A stretch of DNA of 64,000 nt from positions 288,001 to 352,000 of the forward strand of contig CAWFXA010000002.1 of NCBI GenBank assembly GCA_963819655.1, in the 5' to 3' direction. Positions within the stretch are counted from its first letter, which is position 1. The number at the start of each line of letters is the position of its first letter. Of this stretch, positions 1 through 12,107 are shown piece by piece. A model generated the notes under the pieces. The model saw nothing but the letters and a program-made list of their open reading frames with translations, did no database searches and was not told where the DNA came from. The position numbers and the translations under genes were made by a program. The DNA is from an uncultured Chloroflexia bacterium. Its GTDB lineage: Bacteria > Chloroflexota > Limnocylindria > Limnocylindrales > CSP1-4.

Positions 1-487
1 GAACGCTCGATGCCCATCGAGAGAATCGGTGATCCTGCTCCGTCCACAAGGAGCCGATGTGGTGCTCGACAAGGTTGCGTTCCGCAGTTTCGAGATACGC
101 GTCCCAGCCCGTCTGGTCGGCGTCGCGTAGAGCACTGGCGAGCACGAGCAGGGCGAGGTCAGCTGCCGCTTCATGTGGCGTTCCGCCAGCGCCCGGGTTC
201 CGTTCAAATCCTGAGTTCCTATAGCGGCCATCCCGCAGTTGCCCACTGACCAGGTCGTCGCCGGCTCGACGAGCCTTGGCCAGCCATCGTTCGTCGCGAG
301 TGCGTTGGGACAGCGTTACGTAGCCACAGATCATTCCCTCGTACCGCCAATCGAGCCCCGCCCCGCAATACAGGAGGGAGTCGCTCCACCAATGGGCGAC
401 AGGCCCACCATAACCATCCGGTCCCCGCATGGCATCAAGCCAGGCATCAAGGCGCGAGATCGCGACCGCGATGGCCGAGTCGTTCAT
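1..487 (-). CDS. Hypothetical protein, runs off the window edge (possible alpha/alpha-barrel or glycan-modifying enzyme)
   Basis: Hand translation from the ATG at 487 is open to position 1 (MNDSAIAVAISRLDAWLDAMRGPDGYGGPVAHWW...GGTPHEAAADLALL). It overlaps the upstream gene's stop as ATGA. It is absent from the ORF track because there is no stop in the window. Confidence 0.6.
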   Translation of the reverse strand, partial: MNDSAIAVAISRLDAWLDAMRGPDGYGGPVAHWWSDSLLYCGAGLDWRYEGMICGYVTLSQRTRDERWLAKARRAGDDLVSGQLRDGRYRNSGFERNPGAGGTPHEAAADLALLVLASALRDADQTGWDAYLETAERNLVEHHIGSLWTEQDHRFSRWASSV

Positions 488-1337
488 GATCGGGTCGTGG
501 TCGACCCGCGTCCGACCCATACTCCGATGGACCAAAGTGCGGGCTTACCCGACTCGATCAGCGCTAGCCGATACGTCGCTTCCATCCGATCGGCGAGGTC
601 CCACCGACCCAGCTTCGCTGCGATGATCCGGATCGGAGCGCGCGCGGCACTTCGGAGCCCCAACATTCGCCATTCCTGTTCGGTGGCGAAACCCAACCGG
701 CTTCCGACGAGGAAGGGATCAGTCGGACGAGGGGGCCGATGGCGACGCTCCCGCCGAGCAGTCACTCTCCATCGATCCAATGGTCCAGCTCCGATGACGG
801 CGATCGTTGCCGAGTCAGCGACGGTTCTTTCGATCAAGGCGATGCCGGCGTCAAGCGTGTCCTCCGTGGGCTTGAACCACATGACCTTCTCGATCGGAGC
901 CTGCGTTCGCCCGTCGAACGCGTCGATCGTGGAGATACGGATCGTGTCCGGGTTAGGGTGGATCCGGAGCCGACGATCCCCGCGGCGTCCCGCGCCAGGT
1001 CATTCGTGGGCACCGCGATCGTGACTGGGCATGTAAGCCGTGAAAGCGCTTCCGTTACGGCCGCAGCAGAGCCCGTGAGGGGGAGCGGCCAGGGCCGCTG
1101 CCGTCCTGCTCCAGGCGGGAGCTGAGATGGCGAGCGCCAAACGCTCCGGAAGTGAGGCGAGGCGTCGGCACCCGAGTGGCGATGTCTGCGGTACATCCAT
1201 TCGCGATCACCGGTCGCCATCACCGGTACATCGGGCCAAATCGGTGTCGCCCACCTTCTGTAGAACGGATTTGTCAGCGTTTCCACCCAATCAGCCGCTG
1301 GGTGTCTGAGCTCGGACAACTCGAGGTCATCGCTCAT
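484..1337 (-). CDS. Hypothetical protein(s) in polysaccharide locus, probably one frameshifted gene
   Basis: ORFs 834..1373 and 484..882 are protein-like and adjoin neighbouring genes; no family recognised. Confidence 0.4.
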
Positions 1338-2260
1338 GCTGGCGAGCAATCGGCGATCCGACACTCGTCGCAACCGTTGCGTTCGTCGACGAGCCGAGCC
1401 AATCGGCCGGCATCGTCCTTGCAGCCCAGACGTAGGCCCTCAGCTTTGCGAGGACGATCGACGGACCACGAGTGGCGGCGTAGGAGAGAACGAGGAGCTC
1501 GGTGACGGCGAGTGCAGGCATCAGAACGAGGAGCGTCCGCCACCTAAAGAGCTTCGCGAGTAGGAGAAACCTGTTCCGCTCCAGCCAGTGGATCTTGTCG
1601 AGGGGGAAGCTGGCGCGAAATCGTGGATGACCGTCGTACTGGGTACGCACAAGATCCGGTATCCAGCCCGTGCCACCCGCAGAGACAGATCGGTCTCTTC
1701 GAGATACATGAAAAAGAGAGGGTCGAATCCACCCACTGCATCGAACACGTCGCGACGCACCACCAGTGCAGCCCCAGAAACCGCTCCGACAGCTTCGATG
1801 CTCGAATAGGCAGATGCCGGCTGCCCATAGCCCCGGCAGGTCGTGATGCCGGTGTAGTGCGGAGAGCCGCCACATGCATTCAGGCTGCTCGTGTCGCTTG
1901 ACAAAAGGATCTTCGGGGTCGCCAACCCCACCGATCGGTCGTCCTGCATCGCGGCGAGGAGTGGAGGCAGCCATCCCAGTTGACCGTGACGTCCTGGTTC
2001 AACACCGCTACGTACTCGAGCGATGTAGCCGCGATTCCGAGGTTCGCGCCATGCCCGTAGCCGACGTTGACGTTCGACCGGATGACCGCGATGTCTGGAT
2101 GAACCCGCCGGACCAGATCCACGGTCCGGTCGCGAGAGGCATTATCCACGACAACGATGTCCGAGGGCTCGCTCCCGGCCTCCATCAAAGACCGCAAACA
2201 TCGCTCGATGAACGCAGCCCCATCGTGGGTGATGACAACGACTGCACACCGAACGGATGC
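1327..2260 (-). CDS. Glycosyltransferase family 2 (WbbL/rhamnosyltransferase-like), frameshifted
   Basis: VVVDNASRD, NVGYGHGANLG, VLNQD, VSGAAL and GGFDPLFFMYLEETDL motifs spread across three frames. Confidence 0.85.
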
Positions 2261-2300
2261 CGCAGGGTCCACGAGAGCCGGTGTATCGGCCGTCTGCGGT

Positions 2301-3304
2301 CTAGTGACCGTTACGACCACTGTCGCTGTCCCTGGCGATCGCATCAAGCCGTTGCTGCACATCGAGGAAGATCCCGCGAAGGGCGTGCAGCAGGAGCGCG
2401 GCGAGCATTCCCATCGCACCGACCACAACAAGCAAGATGGTGAGCATCCCGAGCGCCGCAGAGAAGAAGCTATTGCGGATGTACGTGTCGATCGTGAGCC
2501 AGCCCGTGGTCAAGCCTGCGATCACGATCAGGAGGCTTGGTAATCCGAAGAACAGGAGTGGTCGGTACCGGGCAGCTAGCCTGATGAGCCCGTCAAGGAC
2601 GCTGAAACCCTGCGAGATGACATTCCGCTTCGGGGGATCTTCATACCTGGTGCTGATGGGGACCTCCGCGTGGCGAAGGCCGTACATCTCTTCGAGGAAC
2701 TGATCTCCATCTCGACGGAAAATCCGTTCGTCCGAAAATGCAGCAGGTCGACAGCCGCTCGAGAGAAGGCTCGAAAGCCACTCTGAGAGTCGCTCGAACT
2801 ACGCCCTGACGCCGCGTTAGTTGCGGCATTGAAAGCCCGAAGGCCAAACCGGCGGACCGCAGGGATCGCTCGGGGCTGTCTCGAAGGAAACGTGACCCAA
2901 GCACGATGTCCGCTCGGCCGCCACAGAATCGGGGCGATCAGCTGCTCGACCTCCCTGGGATCGTGCTGCCAGTCGCCATCCATGAGCACCAAGACGGTAG
3001 CCGAGCTGCGTCTTGCCGCCGCGAAGGCGGTATTCATCGCGGCCGCCTTTCCGCAATTCGACCGGTGGCGCTCGACGATGGCCCCAGCGGCGGCAGCAAG
3101 CTCAGCTGTCCGATCGTCTGATCCGTCGTCGACGACCAGGCATTGATAGCCGTCCAACAGGACGGCGTGCACGATGCTGCCGATGAAGCGCTCTTCATTG
3201 TGAGCAGGGATCGCGACCAACACGTCCCGCGAGCCATCCGATGGAGCGCGGGCCATCACAGGAACCGCGGGGCGGGCCGTGGACTGGGTGACGCTCACGG
3301 CCAC
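2301..3304 (-). CDS. Glycosyltransferase family 2 (polyprenol-phosphate mannose synthase-like) with C-terminal TM helices, frameshifted
   Basis: IPAHNEE, VVDDGSDD, MDGDWQHDP and DSQSGFRAF motifs; hydrophobic C-terminus in ORF 2301..2687. Confidence 0.85.
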
Positions 3305-3307
3305 GGA

Positions 3308-3535
3308 TCAGCCGATGGACTGGGCCAGCACGAAGGCCGTGGCGATGCCGAGCGGAATCAATCCGATCCTCAAGCCTCCCGAGGCGCGCCTTGACGCGTC
3401 GCCCTCCACAGCGGTCACAACGACCTTCTCGACGACGAGGACAAGCAGGGTCATGAGCAAGACCGCATGGAGACCGGCCGTGGAAGTCGACTCTTGGACG
3501 CCTGTCACAACCGAGACGGCTTGGTGCGGAATCAA
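3308..3535 (-). CDS. Small membrane protein (2 TM)
   Basis: 75-aa hydrophobic ORF directly upstream of the GT2. Confidence 0.5.
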   Translation of the reverse strand: MIPHQAVSVVTGVQESTSTAGLHAVLLMTLLVLVVEKVVVTAVEGDASRRASGGLRIGLIPLGIATAFVLAQSIG

Positions 3536-3714
3536 GGCAATCGTCTCCCCCCGATCGCAACTCTTAGGTGGCGACCCCCGCTCGCCTTCGTTCTCCTAGC
3601 CCTACTCTAGACTCCGGACGACCAGGACGACAAGTACCCGTGCGTCGGGCCCAAAAAATGCAATGCGGCCCTTGCGCTACGGCGCGAGCGTTCTTCGGAG
3701 TGTGGCGCATCGCC

Positions 3715-3847
3715 AATTCGCCGCCTGGCCGCGAGCTCCCACCGTGACGCCGTCTGTGCGAACACGCTCTCGACCGCGGCCTCGAGGAAGGGCACCGTCG
3801 CGTCGAGGAAGATCGTAACGACGCGACACGATCTGCGGAGGCGTCAC
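3715..3847 (-). pseudogene. N-terminal fragment of a GT2 glycosyltransferase
   Basis: FLEAAVESVFAQTASRWEL is a typical GT2 start, coupled to the deacetylase stop; it ends abruptly. Confidence 0.55.
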
Positions 3848-4822
3848 ACGACGCGGATCCGGGCATGACGCCACAACAGACGGCCGAAGCCCTCCCCGTC
3901 GACATCCTCGACGAACAGGCGTGGCAGCGTGAAGCGGTCCGCTCCGTGACGCACCGTCCCCGGCGTGGCCATGAATGCCTGCATGAATCCCGCCAACCGG
4001 ACGGCCCGTTGCCCGTCGCCGACGTCCGACTTGCCACCGTGCGGATAGGCGAATGACTCAACAGGACGGCCGATTCGATCCTCTAGCTCGGCACGACCAG
4101 AGTCAATCTGGGCGGTCGTGGCGTCCGGGGTCAGCCCCGCCAACCAGGCGTGGTCGGCCGTGTGCGAGCCGATCTCGAGGCGGTCGTCGCGTGCCAGCTG
4201 ATCCAGCTCGCCTGACGTGAGCGTCCGGTGGCTCGGTCGTGGTGTTGCTGGCATGCCCGCCCACGCAAGGAGTGATTCTGCGGCGCGATCACGAACACCC
4301 GGCAGCTGCCGGCGCAGGAGCGCCCAGACCTCCCGATAAAGCGCCGTCCGTGAGGCCGCGTCCTGAGGATCGATCGTAACGCGCTCGCCACCAAGGCTGA
4401 GCCGGATGGGTTCGCTCGGCCTATTGGGCCCGAGGAGTGCGCGCTCTACCTGATCCCACCAGAACTCGCTCTCGCGGTCAATCGCCCGAGACACCAGAAA
4501 GGCAGTCGCCCGAAGGTCTGCGCGTGACAGCCGTGGCTGAACCTCGTCCACGAGATCGGCGTAGCCGTCGTCGAATGTGATAACCACTGTTCGCGGTGGA
4601 AGCCGGCGTCCCTCGAGCGCGCGCCCGAGCTCCGCAGCCGTCATGATCGTGCACGACCGGGCTAGGACGTCCAGATGCTGGCCGAAGTGCTCGGGTGTGA
4701 CTGCCAGACGCCAAGGGTCGGTACCGCGCTGGCCGATCCGGTGATACAGGAGCACCAATGCGCCGCGCCGGGCGGGCGGAGCTGATTGCCCATCGGGCCT
4801 GGCGCAGCGTAAGACTCATCAT
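3844..4822 (-). CDS. Polysaccharide deacetylase (CE4/NodB family)
   Basis: LLYHRI, ITFDDGYAD, IGSHTADH and FAYPHG motifs; N-terminus frameshifted. Confidence 0.9.
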
Positions 4823-5143
4823 TCGCCTGTCTGGAGCTTTAAGCAGCGGAAGCGCGCTTCATGCACAGGATATTCATGAACCGCGCGATCGGTTCGCCCG
4901 GAGCTCATCGGCCTCGTCGGTGCACTGAGCTAGGGTGACACTCGCGCAAACGGCTTGTGACGAACCTCGAGACCGCAGACTCATGCTCGCCAGTCCTATA
5001 TGGATGCGGGAAAAGAGCTGCCGCTTTCGCGCATCGTCTGGCCGGAACATCACGCAAAGGCAGCCGCCGCAAGGCGCGGCGTGGCTTACGACAAGAGTGG
5101 CGGGCTCCCCCATCAGCTGAGAAGGTATTCGCAAAACAGGGCG

Positions 5144-6262
5144 ATGAAGGACCGAACGGCCATCCAGTACGTCGATGCGCTCGAGTTCGGCGGTAGCGAG
5201 CGCGTCGCGTTGACCCTTGCGGCAGGGATCGGAGCGACGCGCGGCTGGCGATCGGTGATCGCATATCACCGCGAACCCGCGATCGCCCCCCTTGCGTCCG
5301 AGGCGCGAGCATTGGGAATCGAAACCGTTGCCCTGCCGGCGCGCGGAGTCAAGCGGCTTGGCGGCTTAGCTTCGTTCGCAGCCCATATGCGCTCGACGTC
5401 TCCTAGCGTATTGCACGCACACTTGCCGAACCCACTTGCGGCACGTGGTGGCCTCTGGGCGGCCGTCGCCGCGAACCCACCGGCTGTGGTTGCGACTGCG
5501 CACCTCGATGTACCGCTGCGCCGTTTCTGGCAGCGAGCGCGAGCGCGGGCGGTACGCGTGGACCACTACGTTGCTGTCTCGGAAGCGGTCGGGGACGGTC
5601 TCCGCTCGTTGGGCATCGACGTCAACTCGATCTCCGTAGTCCATAACGGCCTGCCTGATATCGAGGCATATGCCGGCAGCAAGGCTGGCACGGTTCGGAC
5701 CGAGCCTGCGCATACGGTGGTTACGGTCGCGCGACTCGTTTCCCAGAAGGGACATCGGGTGCTGCTGCAGGCTTTGGTCACCCTGCCGGGCGTCACGGTT
5801 CTGTTCGCCGGCGATGGACCGCTCCGCGCTGATCTGGAGAAACTCGCAAGGGAGTTGGGCGTCGCCGATCGAACGCGGTTCCTTGGGAACGTCGCCGACG
5901 TACCTGGACTGCTCGCGGGAGCCGACGTCTTTGCCCTGACTTCATTCAACGAAGGGTTGCCTCTATCGATCCTGGAAGCGATGGCGGCCGGCCTGCCGGT
6001 CGTGGCAAGTCGTGTCGGCGGAACACCAGAGGTCGTCGCCGATGGCGAAACGGGGCTTCTCGTCGTGCCCGACGACCCAGCGTCGACGGCTTACGCCATC
6101 CGACGCCTTCTGGAGGACGCCGCGCAACGCGAACGTCTGGGGAAGCGAGGCCAGCGTCTAGTTCGCGAAAGGTTCACCGCAGCGAAGATGGTCGAAGGCG
6201 TGATTGCAGTCTACGAGGATGTTCTCGCGCGGCGTAGCGGTAGGCGAGTTCCCGTCGGCTGA
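5144..6262 (+). CDS. Glycosyltransferase family 4 (GT-B)
   Basis: FGGSER, ARLVSQKGH and EGLPLSILEAMAAGLPVVAS motifs. Confidence 0.92.
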   Translation: MKDRTAIQYVDALEFGGSERVALTLAAGIGATRGWRSVIAYHREPAIAPLASEARALGIETVALPARGVKRLGGLASFAAHMRSTSPSVLHAHLPNPLAARGGLWAAVAANPPAVVATAHLDVPLRRFWQRARARAVRVDHYVAVSEAVGDGLRSLGIDVNSISVVHNGLPDIEAYAGSKAGTVRTEPAHTVVTVARLVSQKGHRVLLQALVTLPGVTVLFAGDGPLRADLEKLARELGVADRTRFLGNVADVPGLLAGADVFALTSFNEGLPLSILEAMAAGLPVVASRVGGTPEVVADGETGLLVVPDDPASTAYAIRRLLEDAAQRERLGKRGQRLVRERFTAAKMVEGVIAVYEDVLARRSGRRVPVG

Positions 6263-7343
6263 TGGTGCGTCGGGTGAGGTCGAACGGTGCCCGAGACGGG
6301 AGACCCTTGCCAGACGTCAGCGTCGTGATCCCGACGCGGGATCGTCGCGATCTACTGCTCGAAGCGCTACGCGCGCTGGCTACTCAAACCCTGGCGACCG
6401 AACGTTATGAGGTCATCCCAGTCGTCGACGGTTCGGCGGACCGGACCGTCGAAGCTCTCGCCGAGCTCGAGCTTCCATACGTGCTCCGGCAGATCGTTCA
6501 GCCACCCAAGGGCCGCGCCGGAGCGTGCAATACCGGGATCCGGGCTGCCGAGGGCACGATCATCGTGCTGCTCGACGACGATATGGTTCCCTCCGCGGAT
6601 TTCCTGGCCGCGCACCTTCGAGCGCATGCGGCCGGTGATCACCTTGGGGTGCTGGGGCCCGTGCCCATCCTCCACGGCATGGAAGGCAACGCCGTGGAGC
6701 GGTATGTCGCCAAGAAGTTCGATCGCCACCTAGCGAGGCTCGCATCAGGAGTGCCGATCGGTTTCCGCGAACTGTATACGGGCAACTTTTCAGCACGAGC
6801 CTCCGACCTCCGCCGGGTGGGACTCTTCGACGAGAGCTTCACCGTCTATGGGAACGAAGACGGCGAGCTCGGTATCCGGTTGCTTGAGGCCGGTGTCAGG
6901 CTTCGGTACGACCCTGCTGCCCTGGCGCGGCAGCGATTTACGAAGACGTTCGCGGACCTCGCCCGGGACAACGAGGCCAAAGGCCGCACCGCCGTCATGC
7001 TTTCGAGAAAGCATCCGCTGGCGATCTCCCAACTGAAGCTATCGGCACGGCCAACCCGCCGGCTCCGCCTGGCCGCGCAACCCTGTTCTCTTTGACGCGC
7101 GTTTCGTCGCGGCTGCCTGAAGCGTTGGTGGCCGGCTTCGGAATGCTCGAGCGGGTGTCGCCCTCCCTGGCCGAGTACTTGTGCCCCGCGATCCTCGATT
7201 ACTTCTACTGGCGCGGGGCTCGCACTGAGGCGCACGGCGCGGACTACTCCGCGGAACACGTGCGGCCGGCGGAGGCGAGTCGGAACGCGCTGCTGCGACG
7301 GGCCGACTGGCGCCTCCTCTGCCAGACCCGAGCCCCGTCATGA
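6262..7343 (+). CDS. Glycosyltransferase family 2, C-terminus frameshifted
   Basis: VSVVIPTRDR, VVDGSAD, LLDDD and GLFDESF..YGNEDGELG motifs. Confidence 0.85.
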
Positions 7344-8658
7344 CGGTTTGCTACGACCCCGCGCTTCGTCGTGCTGCTGCGCTCATGTCTGCGCACCTCA
7401 TGGACCCGTCTGACATGCCACAGGACTGCGATCTAGCAGTCTTGGTGAATACACGGATCGGCGCGCGCTCGCATCCGCCCGAGAAGCGCTCAAGCTAGCC
7501 GGGCGGCGTGTGTTATGTGGAATGGGGTCCGCTGAAGATGATCAGATCAGACGTGGCCGCGCGTAGGCTGACGCAAGCGGGGTATGGTTCCGTTCGCTGC
7601 TACTGGCCGTTTCCGCGCCGCGGCGCTGCACACGTGTGGCTGCCATTGGACTCGCCTTCCGCCATTCGCTATTACCTCGCGACCCGGGCATCCCGACCGT
7701 ACTTCCCCACCCGCTTGGCACACGCTGTCGGCCATGCGATCGCAGCCCTGGCCATTCGAGCCGGCGTGGCCGGGACCATCGTGGCCGTCGCCCAGAAGCC
7801 CGCCTCGCTGGCGAAGAGGAACGGTCTTCGACGCCACAGCCAGCTCACGGCAGTTGCTGCTGACCGGCGGGCCAAGGTCGACCAGCAAGGCGGTAAGCGT
7901 CGTCTTTGCGGGGCCCGACCCGTTTCCGGAATCGATCGTCAAGATGAACCGGACGCCTGAAGCACGTGCTGGCATCATGCGCGAGGCCGAGATGCTCCGC
8001 TATCTGGAGCGCGACCGGTCGAGCCTAACGGGCGTCCCACGTGTCGTTTCCGTCGAAGACCTCATAGACGTCACTCGCGTCGTGGAGACCCCCCTTGAGG
8101 GCAGACCCCTGCACGGTGAGCTGCGGCGCGAGAACCTCGCCAGGAACGCAGACATGGTCACCGAGTGGGCCCTCGGATTGGCGGGTCTGGAGCCACGGGC
8201 ATCGGCCGACGCACTGTGGTCGGAGCTGGCAGATCCGATCGTTGCCCGTTTCAGACGGGCCTACGGTCCGGAACTGGATGAGCGGGAGTGGCAGGAGAGC
8301 CAGCGCATCCTTGCCGCCCTCGACGACATGCCCATCGTCCCGGAACACCGCGACTTCGGACCGTGGAACATGCTTATCGATCACGGGCGTCTTGGGGTGC
8401 TCGATTGGGAATGGGCCGTTCCGCGCGGCCTTCCCGCACTCGATCTCCATCTACTTCATTTTGTACGCGGTCGGATATGCCACGGGGGTCCGACGCCATC
8501 GCCGACTCCTCGATGTGTATCGCGCGGTCCGAGACGTGGATACGCCGTTCGGCGCTCTGGCGAACGACGCGCTTCGCCGATATTGCGGTGCACTTGGAGT
8601 CGATCCTGGCCAACTTAGGGCGCTCCACCTTCTCACGTGGATGGTGCACGCGCCATAG
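7340..8658 (+). CDS. Aminoglycoside-phosphotransferase/kinase-like protein, multiply frameshifted
   Basis: EHRDFGPWN catalytic loop and VLDWE metal-binding motif in ORF 7584..8618. Confidence 0.7.
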
Positions 8659-8768
8659 GAGCATCGGCGACAGATCGAGGACGCTGGCAGCCGAAGCCTC
8701 CGCCACGTTGGAGTTCAAAGCTTCTTCGTTGGTCTGTGGAGGATGGAGCTCGCAACTGGCCAGCGAGG

Positions 8769-9524
8769 ATGATCGGGCGTGTGGTGCGGACGATCACGGA
8801 GGTGGCATACGAGTCCGTCCCGCGTCGGGTCCGTCGTCGGATCCGTCGGCTTCGCAAGCCCGCATACGTTGACAGCCTTCGGCGCACGACTCCCTTGAGC
8901 GATCAGTGGGGATACGATCGGGGCAACCCGGTCGACCGCTATTACATCGAGTCCTTCCTCGAAGAGCATCGGGCCGACATCAAAGGCCGCTCACTCGAAG
9001 TGATGGACCTCCGCTATGTCGACCGCTTCGGTTCAGGGGTCACAAGGCGGGACGTGCTCGATGTCGATGCTTCGAACCGTCGCGCGACGATCGTCGCCGA
9101 CCTGGCCGATGCGACAACCATCCCCGATGACTCATTCGACTGCATCGTGCTGACGCAAGTGCTTCAGCTCGTCTTCGACGTTCGGGCTGCAGTCGCCCAC
9201 CTCGAGCGGATCCTGCGGCCCGGCGGCGTCCTCCTCGCGACGGTTCCTGGGATCAGTCGCATCGGCAAACGCGAACAGGCTACGGACCTCTGGAGATTCA
9301 CGCCCGTAGCCTGCCGCCGACTCTTGGAGGCCAATTTCGATTCCGAAGAGGTCGAAGTGCGGTCCTACGGCAACGTCCTGAGCGCCAACGCGTTCCTGAC
9401 CGGAATAGCAGCCGAGGAGCTCTCGAGGCAAGAGCTTGACACCTCAGACCCCTCGTATCCGGTCATCGTGGCGGTACGCGCCCGGAAGCGCGACACGCCC
9501 CTCCCTGGCTCGCGGCACGAGTGA
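8769..9524 (+). CDS. SAM-dependent methyltransferase (polysaccharide-locus type)
   Basis: WGYDRGNPVDRYYIE, FDCIVLTQ, LRPGGVLLATVPG and YGNVL motifs. Confidence 0.85.
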   Translation: MIGRVVRTITEVAYESVPRRVRRRIRRLRKPAYVDSLRRTTPLSDQWGYDRGNPVDRYYIESFLEEHRADIKGRSLEVMDLRYVDRFGSGVTRRDVLDVDASNRRATIVADLADATTIPDDSFDCIVLTQVLQLVFDVRAAVAHLERILRPGGVLLATVPGISRIGKREQATDLWRFTPVACRRLLEANFDSEEVEVRSYGNVLSANAFLTGIAAEELSRQELDTSDPSYPVIVAVRARKRDTPLPGSRHE

Positions 9525-10419
9525 CCGCGCACGTGGTGCCTGGCTCATCCCACATCGTGGCGACACGCAACCGGCCCGGCCTGCTCGCCGATGCTGTCGC
9601 CTCGATCCTGGCGAGTGATTCGCTTCCAGCCAGTTCGTCATCAGTCGTTCAGAGCGACGCGCCCCATCCGCAGCTCGGCGAACGCTTCGTCCAGTCGCGG
9701 GCATCGAGATTCGCTACTTCTGGAGCCCTGGCGTAGGGCTTAGTCGTGCGAGGAACGAAGGCATCGATAGGGCCCACAACGAACTACTCTCCTTTACGGA
9801 CGACGACATGCTCGTGCCGCCGTCTTGGTAGGACCTTTATCCGACGCACTCGCTCGATCTGGTTGGTTCGATCCGTCATCACCGGTCCCGTGTTGGCTGC
9901 GAGGCCCGAGCGACCAGGCGCGTTCGCGCCATCGACGAGTTCAGGAGTGAGCCGTCGCACGTACATGGGACGCGTGCCGGATGACGTACTGTTCGCCGGC
10001 AACATGGCCATTCGTCGGGCCGCGTTTCGCGAGGTCGGTCCATTTGATGAGCGCCTCGGGCTCGGCGCCCGCTTCCCGGCGGCAGAGGACGATCAGCTTC
10101 GCTTATCGCCTTCCGGGCTGGCTACCGGATCATGTCGGAGCCAGATGCCGTCGTGTTCCATCGCGCCTGGCGAGATCGACGTACCTACCTTTCCGCTCCG
10201 ATGGCGGTACGGACGCGGGCAGGGTGGCTATTTAGCCAAACACCTGTCCCGAACGGACTTCTTCATGTTCGCGGATTTGTCCCGTACGAGCTGGAGTCAC
10301 CTGGCGGGCATCCATTCCTTGCGACGGACAGCATGAAGGCCGTCGGTAACGTGATCTTCGCGATCGGCGTGTTGACCGCGGCATTCGAATGGCTGCTGAC
10401 GCAGCGCGGGAAGCCCTGA
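9521..10419 (+). CDS. Glycosyltransferase family 2, multiply frameshifted
   Basis: ATRNRP..L, FTDDD (shifted frame) and GNMAIRR..F..VGPFDERLGLGARFPAAED motifs. Confidence 0.75.
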
Positions 10420-11956
10420 TCCGTGGACGCGTCCTCCGCGGCGCGGCAAGCAATATGGTGGGCCAGGCGATCGTGGTTCTCACCGCGTTCGTCCTCACTC
10501 CCTACATCCTCAACCAAGTAGGGCCGGTCGGTTACGGACTCTGGATCCTCGTCGGGTCGCTCGCTGCATACGGCGACCTGTTCGATCTGGGCATCAGCGC
10601 CTGTCGTCAAGTACGTCGCGCAGTTCCGGGCGCAGGCCGACCGGGCGATGGAACGGGCCATCCTGGCATCGGCCCTTCGACTGTACCTGGGGCTGGGAAC
10701 GATCGTCCTGATCATAACCCTCGGCTTCGCTCCGCTATTTCCACTGATCTTCAATTTGCCCGATGAGACTCGATCGACCGCGAGTCTGCTCGTTGTGCTT
10801 CTGGCGTGAACCTCGCGGTCTCGATCGTCTCGGCACCAGCGTTGTCCGTCCTCACGGCCTTACAACGATTCGGGTGGTCCAACGTCGTCCGAACTGGCTC
10901 CATGATGCTGTGGGCTCTCGCGACCGTGATCGTCCTCGAGGCAGGAGGCGGGGTCGTGGCCATGGTCGCCGTCAACATCCCGGTGACCCTGCTCATGCGC
11001 GTGGTCTGCGTCCGGCTGATTCCGCCGGCGCACCGATCTTGCCTTCGGCTACCGTGGCGCCAGCCGGGCCTCCATGCGACAGCTTGTCGCGTTCGGCGGT
11101 GGAGTCGTGCCTGCCAGATCTCGGATCTGCTACAGCGCAAGAGCGATGAGCTGATCGTGGCGTTGTCACTCAGCGTTGCTGCGGTCACCCCTTACGCGCT
11201 GGGTCGGCGACTCAGCGAGCTTCCACATCTCGTTGCGAATCAATTCGTTCGCGTCCTGCTCCCGATCGCTGCTGAGTTGAGCGCTCAGGAGGAGATCGAT
11301 CGGTTGCGGACGCTCTATATCGTCGCCACCCGGGTCACGGTCGCGATCTTCACCTCGATCGGCCTCGGCGTGGTCCTGCTCGCCGAGCAGATCCTCATCG
11401 TGTGGGTGCATCCCGGCTATGAGGATGCGGTACCGGTTGTCGTCATTCTGACGATGGCGAGCTATTTGGTGACCAGTCAGTGGCCGGCCGGCGCCGATCG
11501 TGCCGGGGATGGGACGATTCCGGCTGGTTGCGCTTCGTCGGTCGCGTCTGGGATCGCGAACGTGGCGCTCTCGATCTCCTCGTCCAGAGACTGGGCTTGA
11601 TCGGCGTTGCGATCGGGACCCTCCTGCCGACCGCGGTGGAGGCGCTTGGGTTCGTCCTTCCCTACACGATGGTGACGCTGCGCGTTCCGCCACGAAAAGC
11701 GCTCGTCGAGATTTGGCTTCCATCTGTGCTACCAGCGCTTCCGGCCGGGATGATCATCCTCGCTCTGCGGGAGGCCTTTGCGCCGACGTCCCTGCTGGAC
11801 TTGGCGTTTGTCATGCTCGCCGGCATGCTTGTGTACGTTGGCAGTTACTTGGCCATCCCGACGACGGCCTTGGAGAGACGCATGGTTGTCGATGCCATAC
11901 GCAAGGCTGCCTCGGCGGTCGATCGCGGCGCGTCGGAACCACCCACCGTGCGATGA
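10416..11956 (+). CDS. Oligosaccharide flippase (Wzx/MATE-like polysaccharide exporter), frameshifted
   Basis: Multi-TM segments over several frames: LTPYILNQVG..GYGLW..DLG, AAVTPYALG and NVALS. Confidence 0.8.
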
Positions 11957-12107
11957 CGACAGTCTCTCGGCCTCACAGGGCAGCCGAGACACGCGGTCCT
12001 GCGGTCGCCAAGGCCCCTATGAGAGCTCCCCAAGGGCCGACCCCGTCGGCTCGCCCCTTCCACGGCAGGGTCGTCGCCGTCACGGCGATCGTCGCCTCGG
12101 TAGACCG

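Noticed and set aside
4806-4817. 12-bp match (reverse strand) to GAGTCTTACGCT
   Set aside because: It lies in the first codons of the deacetylase with no L or R context; likely chance.
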